A stretch of 64,000 nt of DNA, taken from positions 7,731 to 71,730 of IMG/VR virus record IMGVR_UViG_3300049174_000047, one strand, 5' to 3'. Each line of letters starts with the position of its first letter. Within the stretch, counting starts at the first letter, position 1. Both the position numbers and the translations under genes were made by a program. Below are positions 17,016-25,960 of this stretch, piece after piece. Under the pieces are notes generated by a model. The model was not told the origin of the DNA and searched no databases. It saw nothing but the letters and a program-made list of their open reading frames with translations. The stretch comes from a virus (Duplodnaviria; Caudoviricetes).

Positions 17016-19503
17016 CCCGATCATCCCGGCAGGAGGCAACTGGTCGGCCGAGGCGGCCCGGCTCAAGCAGGCGGGCTTCCCCGGCCTGCCGCGTAACCCC
17101 GCCATGGCCCGTATCGAGGCCCGCCAGATCGCCGAGACCGTACAGACCCGCGGCTCGCTGACCGACCTGACCAATCGCAAGCTGGCCGCCGACATGAATC
17201 GCCGTCGGGCTTCCACCCGCGGCTCGGTGGGCGGGGGCACCATCCGGGTGGCCAGCGACCTGCAGATGGCGCTGCCGAAGATCCGGCAGCCGCTGTCGAG
17301 CCTGATGGACAAGGGCATTCCCTTCGACATCACCGACCCGAAACAGCTCATTGAATTGCGCAGATGGTGCCGTCTGTTTTATGCCACGCATGATTTGGTG
17401 CCGCTATTGGTTGATATTTACAGCAAATTCCCAGTGACCGGGATCGAGTTTTCTTCAAAAGACCCGTTGATCGAGAAATTCTATACCGAGATGTTTCTCG
17501 ACAAGCTCAATTATGAAGAGTTCCTCCCCGATGCCATCGGCCGTGAGTATTTCGTTGCCGGGGAGGTTACCACGCTGGCCCACTTCAGCGAGGAGCTGGG
17601 GGTATGGAGCAGCGAAGAGGTCCTCAATCCCGACATGGTGGCCATTTCCAAGAGCCTCTTTGTCGAGGAGGAGCGGGTGCAGCTGCTCGTCAAGGAGTTG
17701 GTGGACGCGCTGCGCTCAGGCCCCTCCGGGCACCCCGACTCCCAGGAGCGGCCCAGCGAGCGCCTGGAACGCACCTTCGAGTATCAGCAACTGCAGAAGT
17801 ACTACCCCGAGATCATCCAGGCGGCCTCCCGCGATGACGGCCTGGACATCGCCGACGCTCTGGTATCCCGTCTGGTCAACAAGGCCAGTCCGTGGGACCT
17901 GCGCGGCACCCCGCCTTTGCTGAGATCCTTCCGCACCCTGCTGATGGAGGAGTCGCTGAACTGCGCCCAGGACGCCGTCTGCGACCGGCTCTACGCCCCG
18001 ATGATCCTGGCCACCATGGGCATCGAGAACATGGGCGACGGCGAGCCCTGGATACCCAGCGCCTCCGAGCTGGACGACCTGCGCGATGATCTGCAAAGCG
18101 CCCTGGCTGCCGACTTCAAGATCCTCGTCCACAACTTCGGTGTTCAGGTCACCCCTGTTTTCGGCCGGGAAAGTGTCCCCCGTTTCGATCAGGATTACGA
18201 CCGGGTGGACGCAAAACTTATGCAGGCGTGGGGGATTGGTCAGGCTTTGATTATGGGTGGCACCGGGGCGTCGGGCACCTACGCTTCATCTGCCATTAAC
18301 CGTGAGGTCTGCGAACAGCTGATGATGGGCTTCCAAAAGAAGGTCATCAGGCACATGCGCAAACGGATGGCCGTAATTGCCGAGGCCCAGGAACACTACG
18401 ACTACGAATTGAAGGGCGGGCAACGGATTCCGCTCTACCGAGAGATTGTGGTGGAGGACCCCGAGACCGGCGAGAAGCGCATCGAGCGCGTCCCTAAGCT
18501 GCTGGTGCCTGAGGTGCACTTCGCGACCCTGAATTTGCGCGACGAGGCCACCGAGCGCAACTTCGTGATGACGCTCAAGCAGGCCGGTGTGCCGGTCTCC
18601 GACAAGACGCTGGCGATCAACATCCAGCTCGACGCCGAGCAGGAGCTGGAACGCGAGGCGCAGGAGACCGTGGACAAGGCGCTAGCCAAGGCCCAGGCGT
18701 GGAAGAAGGTTCAGGACCTCTGCGACCTGGAAGGCCTGCCGTACCCACCGGAGCTGGCGGCGCACCTGGAATCCACCCTGCAGCTGCGCCAGATGCTGCA
18801 GCAGACCAACCAGCTCGATCTGCAGACCAAGATGCTGCAGATGCAGAAGGACCAGATGACCCCGGCCGGTCAGGTGGGGGCCATCCAGCCCGGCCAGCAG
18901 CCGATGCAGGGGGTGCCTCCCGAGCAGGCACAGCAGGAGGAGCCCGACGAGCAGCAGCTCATCCAGCAGGCCCTGCAGCTGGTTCAATCGACAGAGGCCC
19001 AGTCGGTGAGCGCCAACGCCCAGGCCGAGCCACCGATGGCCTCGGGCCCCTCGTCCTCCCCGCTCACCGAGTCCAGTCAGGTCGGCACCGGGGGAGCCAC
19101 CGAGCCCTCGCGCAACCGCAGCCGTCCGGTGGAGTCCGACGAGCAGCGAGCCGGTGCCCCCAAGGCCGCCTCCCAGCGCTGGGCTGAGCGGGTGCACGGC
19201 AATCACCGCTTCGCCCGCGGCCCGTCCAGTCTGGGGCACTCCCTACACGCCAGCGAGGAGGACGTGCAGGCCGCCATCCAGCGCCGGGAGATGTACGCCC
19301 GCCATCCGGGCACCCCCTTCGTCAGTCAGCTGATCGAGGACCCCGGCTTCTGGCGCATGCTCAACGCCACCGGGGACGAGGACGCCATCCGTGCCGACTG
19401 GCCCGAGATCCGGGCCGGGAAGGCCAGCGAGTCGGGGCGGCTGTTGCAGGACTTGGTCAGCCAGTACGAGGAGGTTACGGGGGTTCAGCCGATATGGGAC
19501 TGA
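17008..19503 (+). CDS. Portal protein
   Basis: 831 aa in the head module; WCRLFY..H.LVP.L.DIYS.FP, REYF..GE and ....PLL.S.....E..L..AQ..V..R patterns; N-terminal basic leader ending RVAS. Confidence 0.75.
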   Translation: MTNPIIPAGGNWSAEAARLKQAGFPGLPRNPAMARIEARQIAETVQTRGSLTDLTNRKLAADMNRRRASTRGSVGGGTIRVASDLQMALPKIRQPLSSLMDKGIPFDITDPKQLIELRRWCRLFYATHDLVPLLVDIYSKFPVTGIEFSSKDPLIEKFYTEMFLDKLNYEEFLPDAIGREYFVAGEVTTLAHFSEELGVWSSEEVLNPDMVAISKSLFVEEERVQLLVKELVDALRSGPSGHPDSQERPSERLERTFEYQQLQKYYPEIIQAASRDDGLDIADALVSRLVNKASPWDLRGTPPLLRSFRTLLMEESLNCAQDAVCDRLYAPMILATMGIENMGDGEPWIPSASELDDLRDDLQSALAADFKILVHNFGVQVTPVFGRESVPRFDQDYDRVDAKLMQAWGIGQALIMGGTGASGTYASSAINREVCEQLMMGFQKKVIRHMRKRMAVIAEAQEHYDYELKGGQRIPLYREIVVEDPETGEKRIERVPKLLVPEVHFATLNLRDEATERNFVMTLKQAGVPVSDKTLAINIQLDAEQELEREAQETVDKALAKAQAWKKVQDLCDLEGLPYPPELAAHLESTLQLRQMLQQTNQLDLQTKMLQMQKDQMTPAGQVGAIQPGQQPMQGVPPEQAQQEEPDEQQLIQQALQLVQSTEAQSVSANAQAEPPMASGPSSSPLTESSQVGTGGATEPSRNRSRPVESDEQRAGAPKAASQRWAERVHGNHRFARGPSSLGHSLHASEEDVQAAIQRREMYARHPGTPFVSQLIEDPGFWRMLNATGDEDAIRADWPEIRAGKASESGRLLQDLVSQYEEVTGVQPIWD

Positions 19504-20111
19504 TCAATGTGGCCCGCCACAGTATCGCGGTCACCCTCGGGATCGCCGATGCAATGTGGACCCTCTTCGAGCGCGAGTACCTCGGCGGCCCCCGCCAGGG
19601 GCTGGCCGCCGAGGGGGAGTTCGACTGGTCGGGCCCCGACGATATGTGGCCCGACATCCCCTGGCCCGAGGAGCCGGTCATCGCCGACACCGAGAGCGAG
19701 CCCGAGCTGCTCGTTACCAGGCAGTGGGGACTGGTGCTGCCCAGCGGCGAGATCGCCTGGAACTGTTGGGCGGGCATCAGCTTCGGAGACCCCTTCAACC
19801 GCACGCTGATGGTTGCCAAGCTCAAGAAAACCGGCATGGATGTCGGCTTTGCCGAGGAGCAGCTGGGGGAGTGGCTCAGCAACTACGCCTGGGTGACGCG
19901 CAATGAGATCGCCACCATCGTCTACGAGGACACGGGGGGTTATGATCTGACCGATCCCCAAGTCTCTGCCCTGGACGACGCTGGTCTAGGCCTACAGCGT
20001 TGTGAAAACGAAAGTGAAAATGACCCTGGACCTGGACCCTCTACAAACGGCAACGGGCCCGATCCCGCTCCCGACCTTCACCGCGGACCTCTGGGAGGTT
20101 CAGCGCCGTGA
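19494..20111 (+). CDS. Hypothetical protein
   Basis: GC3 bias; overlaps the portal stop. Confidence 0.7.
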   Translation: MGLINVARHSIAVTLGIADAMWTLFEREYLGGPRQGLAAEGEFDWSGPDDMWPDIPWPEEPVIADTESEPELLVTRQWGLVLPSGEIAWNCWAGISFGDPFNRTLMVAKLKKTGMDVGFAEEQLGEWLSNYAWVTRNEIATIVYEDTGGYDLTDPQVSALDDAGLGLQRCENESENDPGPGPSTNGNGPDPAPDLHRGPLGGSAP

Positions 20112-20310
20112 GGTCCTCGAAGGCCTCGGCGAGATGGGCATCAACGAGTTCGACAAGCACTTCCCCCCGTGGGAGCAGCTCTCCCCTGACGACCAGGAGT
20201 CCAAGATCGCCATCGCCCGCGAGGAGCTGCGACTGCTGGACCGCGCAGGGTATCAGGTTCATAGGAAAAAAGAGCACAACACGCTGGCGGGCGACCAGGC
20301 TAAGGTCTAA
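20002..20310 (+). CDS. Hypothetical protein overlapping the upstream CDS
   Basis: Globular-looking second half (FPPWEQLSPDDQESKIAIAREELRLLDRAGY); start uncertain. Confidence 0.55.
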   Translation: MKTKVKMTLDLDPLQTATGPIPLPTFTADLWEVQRREVLEGLGEMGINEFDKHFPPWEQLSPDDQESKIAIAREELRLLDRAGYQVHRKKEHNTLAGDQAKV

Positions 20311-20417
20311 TGTGCAATTTGAAAACCTGCGGTTACGTCGATGTGTACTGGCCTCTTGGCGTGGGTTGTCATGAATGTGGCTAGCAAACACCTAGTTGAT
20401 CGAGCAGAGGTCAGCCC

Positions 20418-20687
20418 ATGATTGGTAACGGGGTACGGGTCCATTATCACGTCGAGCCAGTAGAGTCCAGCGATCAAGCAATTAGTCTGTCGGCGTATTT
20501 CCAGCGCCACGGCCAGCTGGCGTACAAGGAGAGCGACGAAGAGGTCGTAGTTCCGCTGGAATGCCCGACCCGTGAGATTGCTGCCGAGAAGGAGGCCCAG
20601 GTGCATCTGCTGCGCACGACCTGGGAGTTGTTCTGGGAGCACAGCGACCAGGGAGTCTTTGACCTCCCGGTCTACCTCGTTGACTGA
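20418..20687 (+). CDS. Hypothetical protein (89 aa)
   Basis: RBS AGAGG; complete ORF. Confidence 0.6.
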   Translation: MIGNGVRVHYHVEPVESSDQAISLSAYFQRHGQLAYKESDEEVVVPLECPTREIAAEKEAQVHLLRTTWELFWEHSDQGVFDLPVYLVD

Positions 20688-20693
20688 CCTCAA

Positions 20694-20730
20694 CCTGTAA
20701 CCGCTCGGCCGAGCCACCAGGAATAGGTGA
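20694..20730 (+). promoter_or_regulatory. Putative phage late promoter
   Basis: CCTGTA-N21-GAATAGGTGA; the downstream box lies in a hairpin ATAGGTG-ACAA-CACCTAT. Confidence 0.7.
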
Positions 20731-20754
20731 CAACACCTATCCCCGGAGGCTGTC

Positions 20755-23700
20755 ATGGCGAATGTCGGCGACTCGGCGCACACCGATCACGGTCTGGGCG
20801 TCATTACCGAGATCGACACGGTGCGCGGCCGATCCTCCTTCCGAGTGGCGGGCCGCGGGTTCAACGTCTGGGTCGATGAGACTAAGCTGCGGGTGGCCAA
20901 GGACGGCAATCCATGGGGTGCCCCCTACGACCTGCAGACCACCGTGGACTCCGGTGTCCATGAGGTCAACAAGGACAACTCGACCGTCCTGCCCTACGAC
21001 TACACCCCCCAGTTCTCGGTGGACCAGTTCCGCGCCGACCAGAACATCCAGCCCGGCGAGCAGGAGATCAACGCCGACGACCGGCTGCGCTCCTCGGACT
21101 CGCTGAGCGGCAACAGCGCCAGCCCCAACCGGCCCTACCCCGGTCCCAACCCCGACCTGTTCGCCAAGAGCGCCGGGGCCTTTGACCGTAGTCACGGTCC
21201 TTGGAGTGGTCGGCCGCAGCCTGATCGTTCTGCTATCAAGGCAATGGGTACCCAGGAACTCATTGATCTTCACGATCAAGGGATTCAGGCTCCCAACCAC
21301 ACCAATGAATTGGTGCTGCGCAGCAATACCGGCGATCACCTGGCAACCGGATGGCGTAAGCGTAGGGAGTCGGCCCGCTACGCCGAGTTCGAGGACGAGC
21401 CCTCCTACCCCGACTGGGGCTCCGACGAGTGGCACACCGACTTGCCCGACGGTCCCGAGCGCACCATGCAGCAGACCGCCAGCGCTCCCGTCCAAGAGCG
21501 TCACTACCGCCCGTCGAAGTGGGACGAGCCCGTCGATCCGCTCACCTCCGAGCTGCGGCGGCACTTTGAGCGCAACCCGCACCACCAGCTGGAAGAGGAC
21601 GATCCGGCTCGCTACTCGGCCCGCCAGGACTGGTTCGAGCGCCCGGCCGGGCTCTCCGACCGCTACGCCTACTTGGAACCCGAGGTCGATCAGGACAGCC
21701 CGGCGGCGTCCTTCAAGCGCGACCCGGTGGCCTTCATCGAGGCCGCGGCCTACTTCGGGTCCTCGCGTTACAGCGACGACGCGCTAGAGGCCCACTTCGG
21801 CAGCTACTCCGACCTACTGGGTGCCGACAAGCTGATGAAGGTCGGCAAGTGGTCCGACGTGCGAGAGAAGGCAATGCGGCTGCGCCGTGACGGGGCGGTG
21901 CACATCCACGACATCGACCACGACCGTATCTACGCCACCGTCCAGGGCGACCACGGCACCTACGACTGCATGATCAAGAAGGGCGGCTCGATGGGTGGCT
22001 GGGGTGGCGGCCAGTCCATCACCAACTGGTACTGCGGCTGCGACTGGGGCAACTGGGCCTTCAAGCGCCGCTACAGCTACGTCGGCCGCCTGTGCTCCCA
22101 TGCTTACGCGGCCTACCTGGACATGCAGTCCAAGCACATGAAGGCCAACCCGTCGCACTTCAAGCCCAAGAAGTACCTGCCCGGCGCGGCCTGGGGCAAG
22201 ACCGGCTCCTTCGACCGGCTGGCCGGGGTGGTCGAGGACTACAAGAAGTTCTGCGAGGACAACGACAAGGGCCCCGAGCCCTCGTCGGTGGCCGACTTCG
22301 TGTCCATCTCCAACGAGGACCTCTCCGACGAGGACGTGGAGAAGCTCTACGACTACATCCATGAGAACCCGGCGATGGTGCCCGAGCGCGAGTTCGACGT
22401 GCCCTACACCTTCGATGAGGACAAGGTCTACAAGCAGTCCGACCTGCTGCGCACCCAGCCCCGAGGGCTGGTGCCCAACCTGCGTCAGGTGCCCCCGCCC
22501 GAGGACTCCGAGTTCGTGGATGTCACCAAGGACGAGCGCAAAACGACCGGGCCCGACCAGATCGTGCACTTTTCCAACCTGCAGCGTCAGATCGTGGCGG
22601 CCCTGCACCGCACCGCTGCCGGGGGAGAGCCCGCGGTCCAGGCACCATCGCCGCCCACCTATTCGACCTATCAAGACCGCGGTCGCACGGTGTACCGCCA
22701 GAACGGGACCAACAAGGGCTACGTCTTGGAGAACGACCCGAACAGTCCTAACCGCGGGCAGATCCGGGAGGTTGACTTCACCACCCAAGCGCCCGCCGGT
22801 ACCGAGCTTCAGGGAAACACACCGGGCTACCAGGGTGGTCAGTACGTCTTTCGGCCGGGCGGGGCGACCTGGACCCGGCCCGATGCGGGCAAGGACCCCA
22901 ATTTGTGGCGTAGCACCGATCCGAACAACACTCGGGGCTATCAGGTCAACTCGCAAAATCCCGCCGATGTCCGCGGGGTCAATTTCCAAGAAACGGCTCC
23001 ATGGGCACCGAACACCATCCAGGGACCGGAGGGGAACAAGTACATCTTCCACACCGGGGTTGGCACGGTTGGTGGTGACGAGTTCGGCCAGTTCCTGCAG
23101 AGCAGGCCTGATGTAAGCGGCAACTTCGGGCAACAGGGCCCGGCTCCCGGTCCCAACGGGCCTCAGGTCCCTCCCGGCGTCCCGCCTATCGGTGGCGGCC
23201 CCAACGACAAGGGCCCTGGTGCTCCCTATTCGGCGGCGGGCCTGCCCCGGATGCTGACCCAGCCGGGCCAGGGTGTCCCGGCCGGGGGCAACGTCGATTG
23301 GGCGGTCAACCCGATCCTCAATCCCGAGGCGGGGGCCACCCCGTTCAACCGCGATCCCAAGGCCTACGGCGGTGGCGAGGAGAACTACAACCGCATGATG
23401 GGCATCACCAACCGCCCCGGTGCCACCGGCACGGGCGCGGGGGAGAAGGGTTCGGTGGGCACCGGCCAGGGCTTCGGCGGTGCCGGGTTCCAGCAGGGCG
23501 GCGAGTGGTTGCGCAGCCGGGAATCCACCCCCATCGACGTGGCCCACGGCTACAGCAACCAGGGCGGCTACCAGATCAACCAGGGCGAGACCCTCACTGA
23601 CTTGTCTCACCGGATGGGCGAGAGCGGCAACCTGAACAATCTGCGCTACATCGACCCCACCACGGGCAAGCTCAGCGACATCACCGACCCCAACAACATC

Positions 23701-25959
23701 CAGCAGGGCCAGCATGTCACGCGGGTCAATGCGCAGGGCCAGTCCGAGCTGCGGCCTGGTGAGACTCCCGCCGGTTTGTCGAATCAGCCGAAGCAGGGGG
23801 AAACGGTGCCAGCGGGTCAGCCCCCCGCCGCTGCGGTGGCTCCGGATGTCACCAAGCCAGCCCCGGCGGCTCAGACCAACGTGCCCCCGCCCGTCGGGGC
23901 GAGGCCGCCGAACACTCCCCAACTGCCACCGGCACCTCCTCCTCCCGCACCCACTACTCCGGGTGCACACGCCCGGTTCCAGATCACTCCGGGGCACAGC
24001 CTGCGCAGTCTGCACTACGCGGCCGACGAGCCCGACGACGACGACGAGGACGACAAGGACAAGGACAAGAGCAAGGCCCCGGCCGGATCGCCGGGCGGCG
24101 ATCCCAACAAGGCCACCCCGACCCCACCGGCCGCCAACCCCACCGGCACCCCGCAGACGGGAATGCCTCCGGGCATGGTCCCGCAGGGCCAGGTGCCAGG
24201 CAATCCGGCCGACGTGGCCGGGGCCATCGGGCCCGCGGCCAACGCCGGTCTGGACATCGCCCAGCAGGTGGCTCCCGCGGTCAGCAACTTCGCCCCGTGG
24301 AACGCCATCCTCCAAGGCGGCGGGGGCGACCTGGCCGGTATCGGCAGCAACATCGGCAATGCCATCGGTAGCGGCCTGGGCGGCCTGTTGCATCTGTTCG
24401 GGTCAACCGACCAGGACCCCGACACCCGGCCCGACACCGGAGAGGCTGCGGCCGACCTGGACCGGATGCGCGATCTCTCGGCCGAGACCCCCGACGAGCA
24501 CTACCAGCACATGGACTCATGGAACCAGGAGTTCCGTGACCTAGAGGACGACCTGCACGACGCCGGGGTGATGGCCAGCCCGTTCGTGGCCAGCCTGCAC
24601 TACGCGGCCGACGACGACGACTACTCGTCCGACGCCATGGGCAACTACAAGGGCAAGTCCACTCCCAACTGGGCCGACATGGCCGCCGCGGGCTCGGGCC
24701 CCTCGCCCAAGGGCTACATCACCGATTCGATCTCTTACGTCGATGCCCATGAGGCCAAGGACATGCGCAACCTGCTGGCCGAGCCGCCCGACGACGACGG
24801 GATCATCAAGTTCAACGACGGCCGGTCCAAGCCCCCACAGGGACCACGACAGGGCAATGTCATGGGGCCGGGGTTAGAGGAGCAACTCACTGGCAAGCGA
24901 CCCGTTTATCGCCAGCTCAGTGACAATCCCGAGCCCGGTGGTCGCTATGAGATCACCTACGAGAACACGCGGAAGAAGAACACGCGCAGCAAGCCCCCGC
25001 GTTCGGCCGCAGCGCCTCCCAAGGGCCAGCCGCTGCGCGAGCGCTCCCGGATGCTCAACCCCCATGAGCCGGGCAGCCCGGACTGGCATGAGCGGATGAA
25101 CGAGCTGTACGTCCCCGACTACCAGAAGGGGAGCGACCCCAACATCCACCAGGGCTACTACCGCTACGCGGTGGACGCCGACGAGCAGAGTGGCTACTTC
25201 AACCCCGATCAGCCCTCCGAGGAGGACTGGAACTCCCCGCAGGAGTTCGGCGACGAGATGAGCAATGCCGCCGATCAGGTCATGCCCAGCGGCGGCACAC
25301 CGGGCAAGACACCCGGCGGCTCGGAGGACGCTGCCGAGGGTGGCGAAGCGGCAGCCGGGGGCGAGGCTGCTGCTGGTAGCGAGGCCGCTGAGTTGGCTCC
25401 GCTGTTGCTGGCAGCTGGCCGTGGCCAGGGCGGCGGCGGTGGCGGTTTCTCCTTGGAGGCCTTCGACCGCGGTGAGTTCGCCCCGGTGGGCTGGGACCAG
25501 GGGGCCGGTGGGCATGCCGTCGGCTCCGGGGAGCTACGGCGGGCCGCCCGCATCGGCGGCGGCCCCCGCCAGCAGGTGCGGATAGACCCCGGCATGCGCC
25601 AGGGCAACCGGCCACCCAGCCAACAGACCTACGCCAGCGTCATGAACGACACCTTCGGCAACGACGGCGAGCCCGAGCTGGCCAACTACGGCGAGCCAGC
25701 TGCCTCTCCGATGGGCTCCGACATCGTGGCCAACTTCCACCGGATGGGCGGGGCGCAGGCCATCTACCAGCAGGCCCCCGCCGGGGGCCGGGACGATTTC
25801 GCGTCCAGCCCCTTCGTACAGGCCATGATTCGCACCGCCGGGCGCAAGTTCAGCCCGGCCGAGCAGCGCGAGTTGGAACAGGAGGAGCACCACCTCGGGG
25901 CCCGCAACCTGCCCACCGACGAGGACCTCGAAGGCACCCACTACCTGCTGGGACTGTGA
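20755..25959 (+). CDS. Giant (1734 aa) modular head-region protein B with SWIM zinc finger and LysM
   Basis: SWIM-like WYCGC...LCSH (about 21930-22110); LysM-like YQINQGETLTDLS...ITDPNNIQQGQ (about 23569-23720); LHYAAD twice, plus RVA, RYA and RTA motifs. Confidence 0.85.
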   Translation: MANVGDSAHTDHGLGVITEIDTVRGRSSFRVAGRGFNVWVDETKLRVAKDGNPWGAPYDLQTTVDSGVHEVNKDNSTVLPYDYTPQFSVDQFRADQNIQPGEQEINADDRLRSSDSLSGNSASPNRPYPGPNPDLFAKSAGAFDRSHGPWSGRPQPDRSAIKAMGTQELIDLHDQGIQAPNHTNELVLRSNTGDHLATGWRKRRESARYAEFEDEPSYPDWGSDEWHTDLPDGPERTMQQTASAPVQERHYRPSKWDEPVDPLTSELRRHFERNPHHQLEEDDPARYSARQDWFERPAGLSDRYAYLEPEVDQDSPAASFKRDPVAFIEAAAYFGSSRYSDDALEAHFGSYSDLLGADKLMKVGKWSDVREKAMRLRRDGAVHIHDIDHDRIYATVQGDHGTYDCMIKKGGSMGGWGGGQSITNWYCGCDWGNWAFKRRYSYVGRLCSHAYAAYLDMQSKHMKANPSHFKPKKYLPGAAWGKTGSFDRLAGVVEDYKKFCEDNDKGPEPSSVADFVSISNEDLSDEDVEKLYDYIHENPAMVPEREFDVPYTFDEDKVYKQSDLLRTQPRGLVPNLRQVPPPEDSEFVDVTKDERKTTGPDQIVHFSNLQRQIVAALHRTAAGGEPAVQAPSPPTYSTYQDRGRTVYRQNGTNKGYVLENDPNSPNRGQIREVDFTTQAPAGTELQGNTPGYQGGQYVFRPGGATWTRPDAGKDPNLWRSTDPNNTRGYQVNSQNPADVRGVNFQETAPWAPNTIQGPEGNKYIFHTGVGTVGGDEFGQFLQSRPDVSGNFGQQGPAPGPNGPQVPPGVPPIGGGPNDKGPGAPYSAAGLPRMLTQPGQGVPAGGNVDWAVNPILNPEAGATPFNRDPKAYGGGEENYNRMMGITNRPGATGTGAGEKGSVGTGQGFGGAGFQQGGEWLRSRESTPIDVAHGYSNQGGYQINQGETLTDLSHRMGESGNLNNLRYIDPTTGKLSDITDPNNIQQGQHVTRVNAQGQSELRPGETPAGLSNQPKQGETVPAGQPPAAAVAPDVTKPAPAAQTNVPPPVGARPPNTPQLPPAPPPPAPTTPGAHARFQITPGHSLRSLHYAADEPDDDDEDDKDKDKSKAPAGSPGGDPNKATPTPPAANPTGTPQTGMPPGMVPQGQVPGNPADVAGAIGPAANAGLDIAQQVAPAVSNFAPWNAILQGGGGDLAGIGSNIGNAIGSGLGGLLHLFGSTDQDPDTRPDTGEAAADLDRMRDLSAETPDEHYQHMDSWNQEFRDLEDDLHDAGVMASPFVASLHYAADDDDYSSDAMGNYKGKSTPNWADMAAAGSGPSPKGYITDSISYVDAHEAKDMRNLLAEPPDDDGIIKFNDGRSKPPQGPRQGNVMGPGLEEQLTGKRPVYRQLSDNPEPGGRYEITYENTRKKNTRSKPPRSAAAPPKGQPLRERSRMLNPHEPGSPDWHERMNELYVPDYQKGSDPNIHQGYYRYAVDADEQSGYFNPDQPSEEDWNSPQEFGDEMSNAADQVMPSGGTPGKTPGGSEDAAEGGEAAAGGEAAAGSEAAELAPLLLAAGRGQGGGGGGFSLEAFDRGEFAPVGWDQGAGGHAVGSGELRRAARIGGGPRQQVRIDPGMRQGNRPPSQQTYASVMNDTFGNDGEPELANYGEPAASPMGSDIVANFHRMGGAQAIYQQAPAGGRDDFASSPFVQAMIRTAGRKFSPAEQRELEQEEHHLGARNLPTDEDLEGTHYLLGL

Positions 25960-25960
25960 T

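Noticed and set aside
21814-24393. 859-aa minus-strand ORF, and similar long ones at 14551-16521, 46959-48416, 49936-52653 and 52902-54494
   Set aside because: Stop-poor antisense frames expected at about 67% GC; they mirror well-supported plus-strand genes
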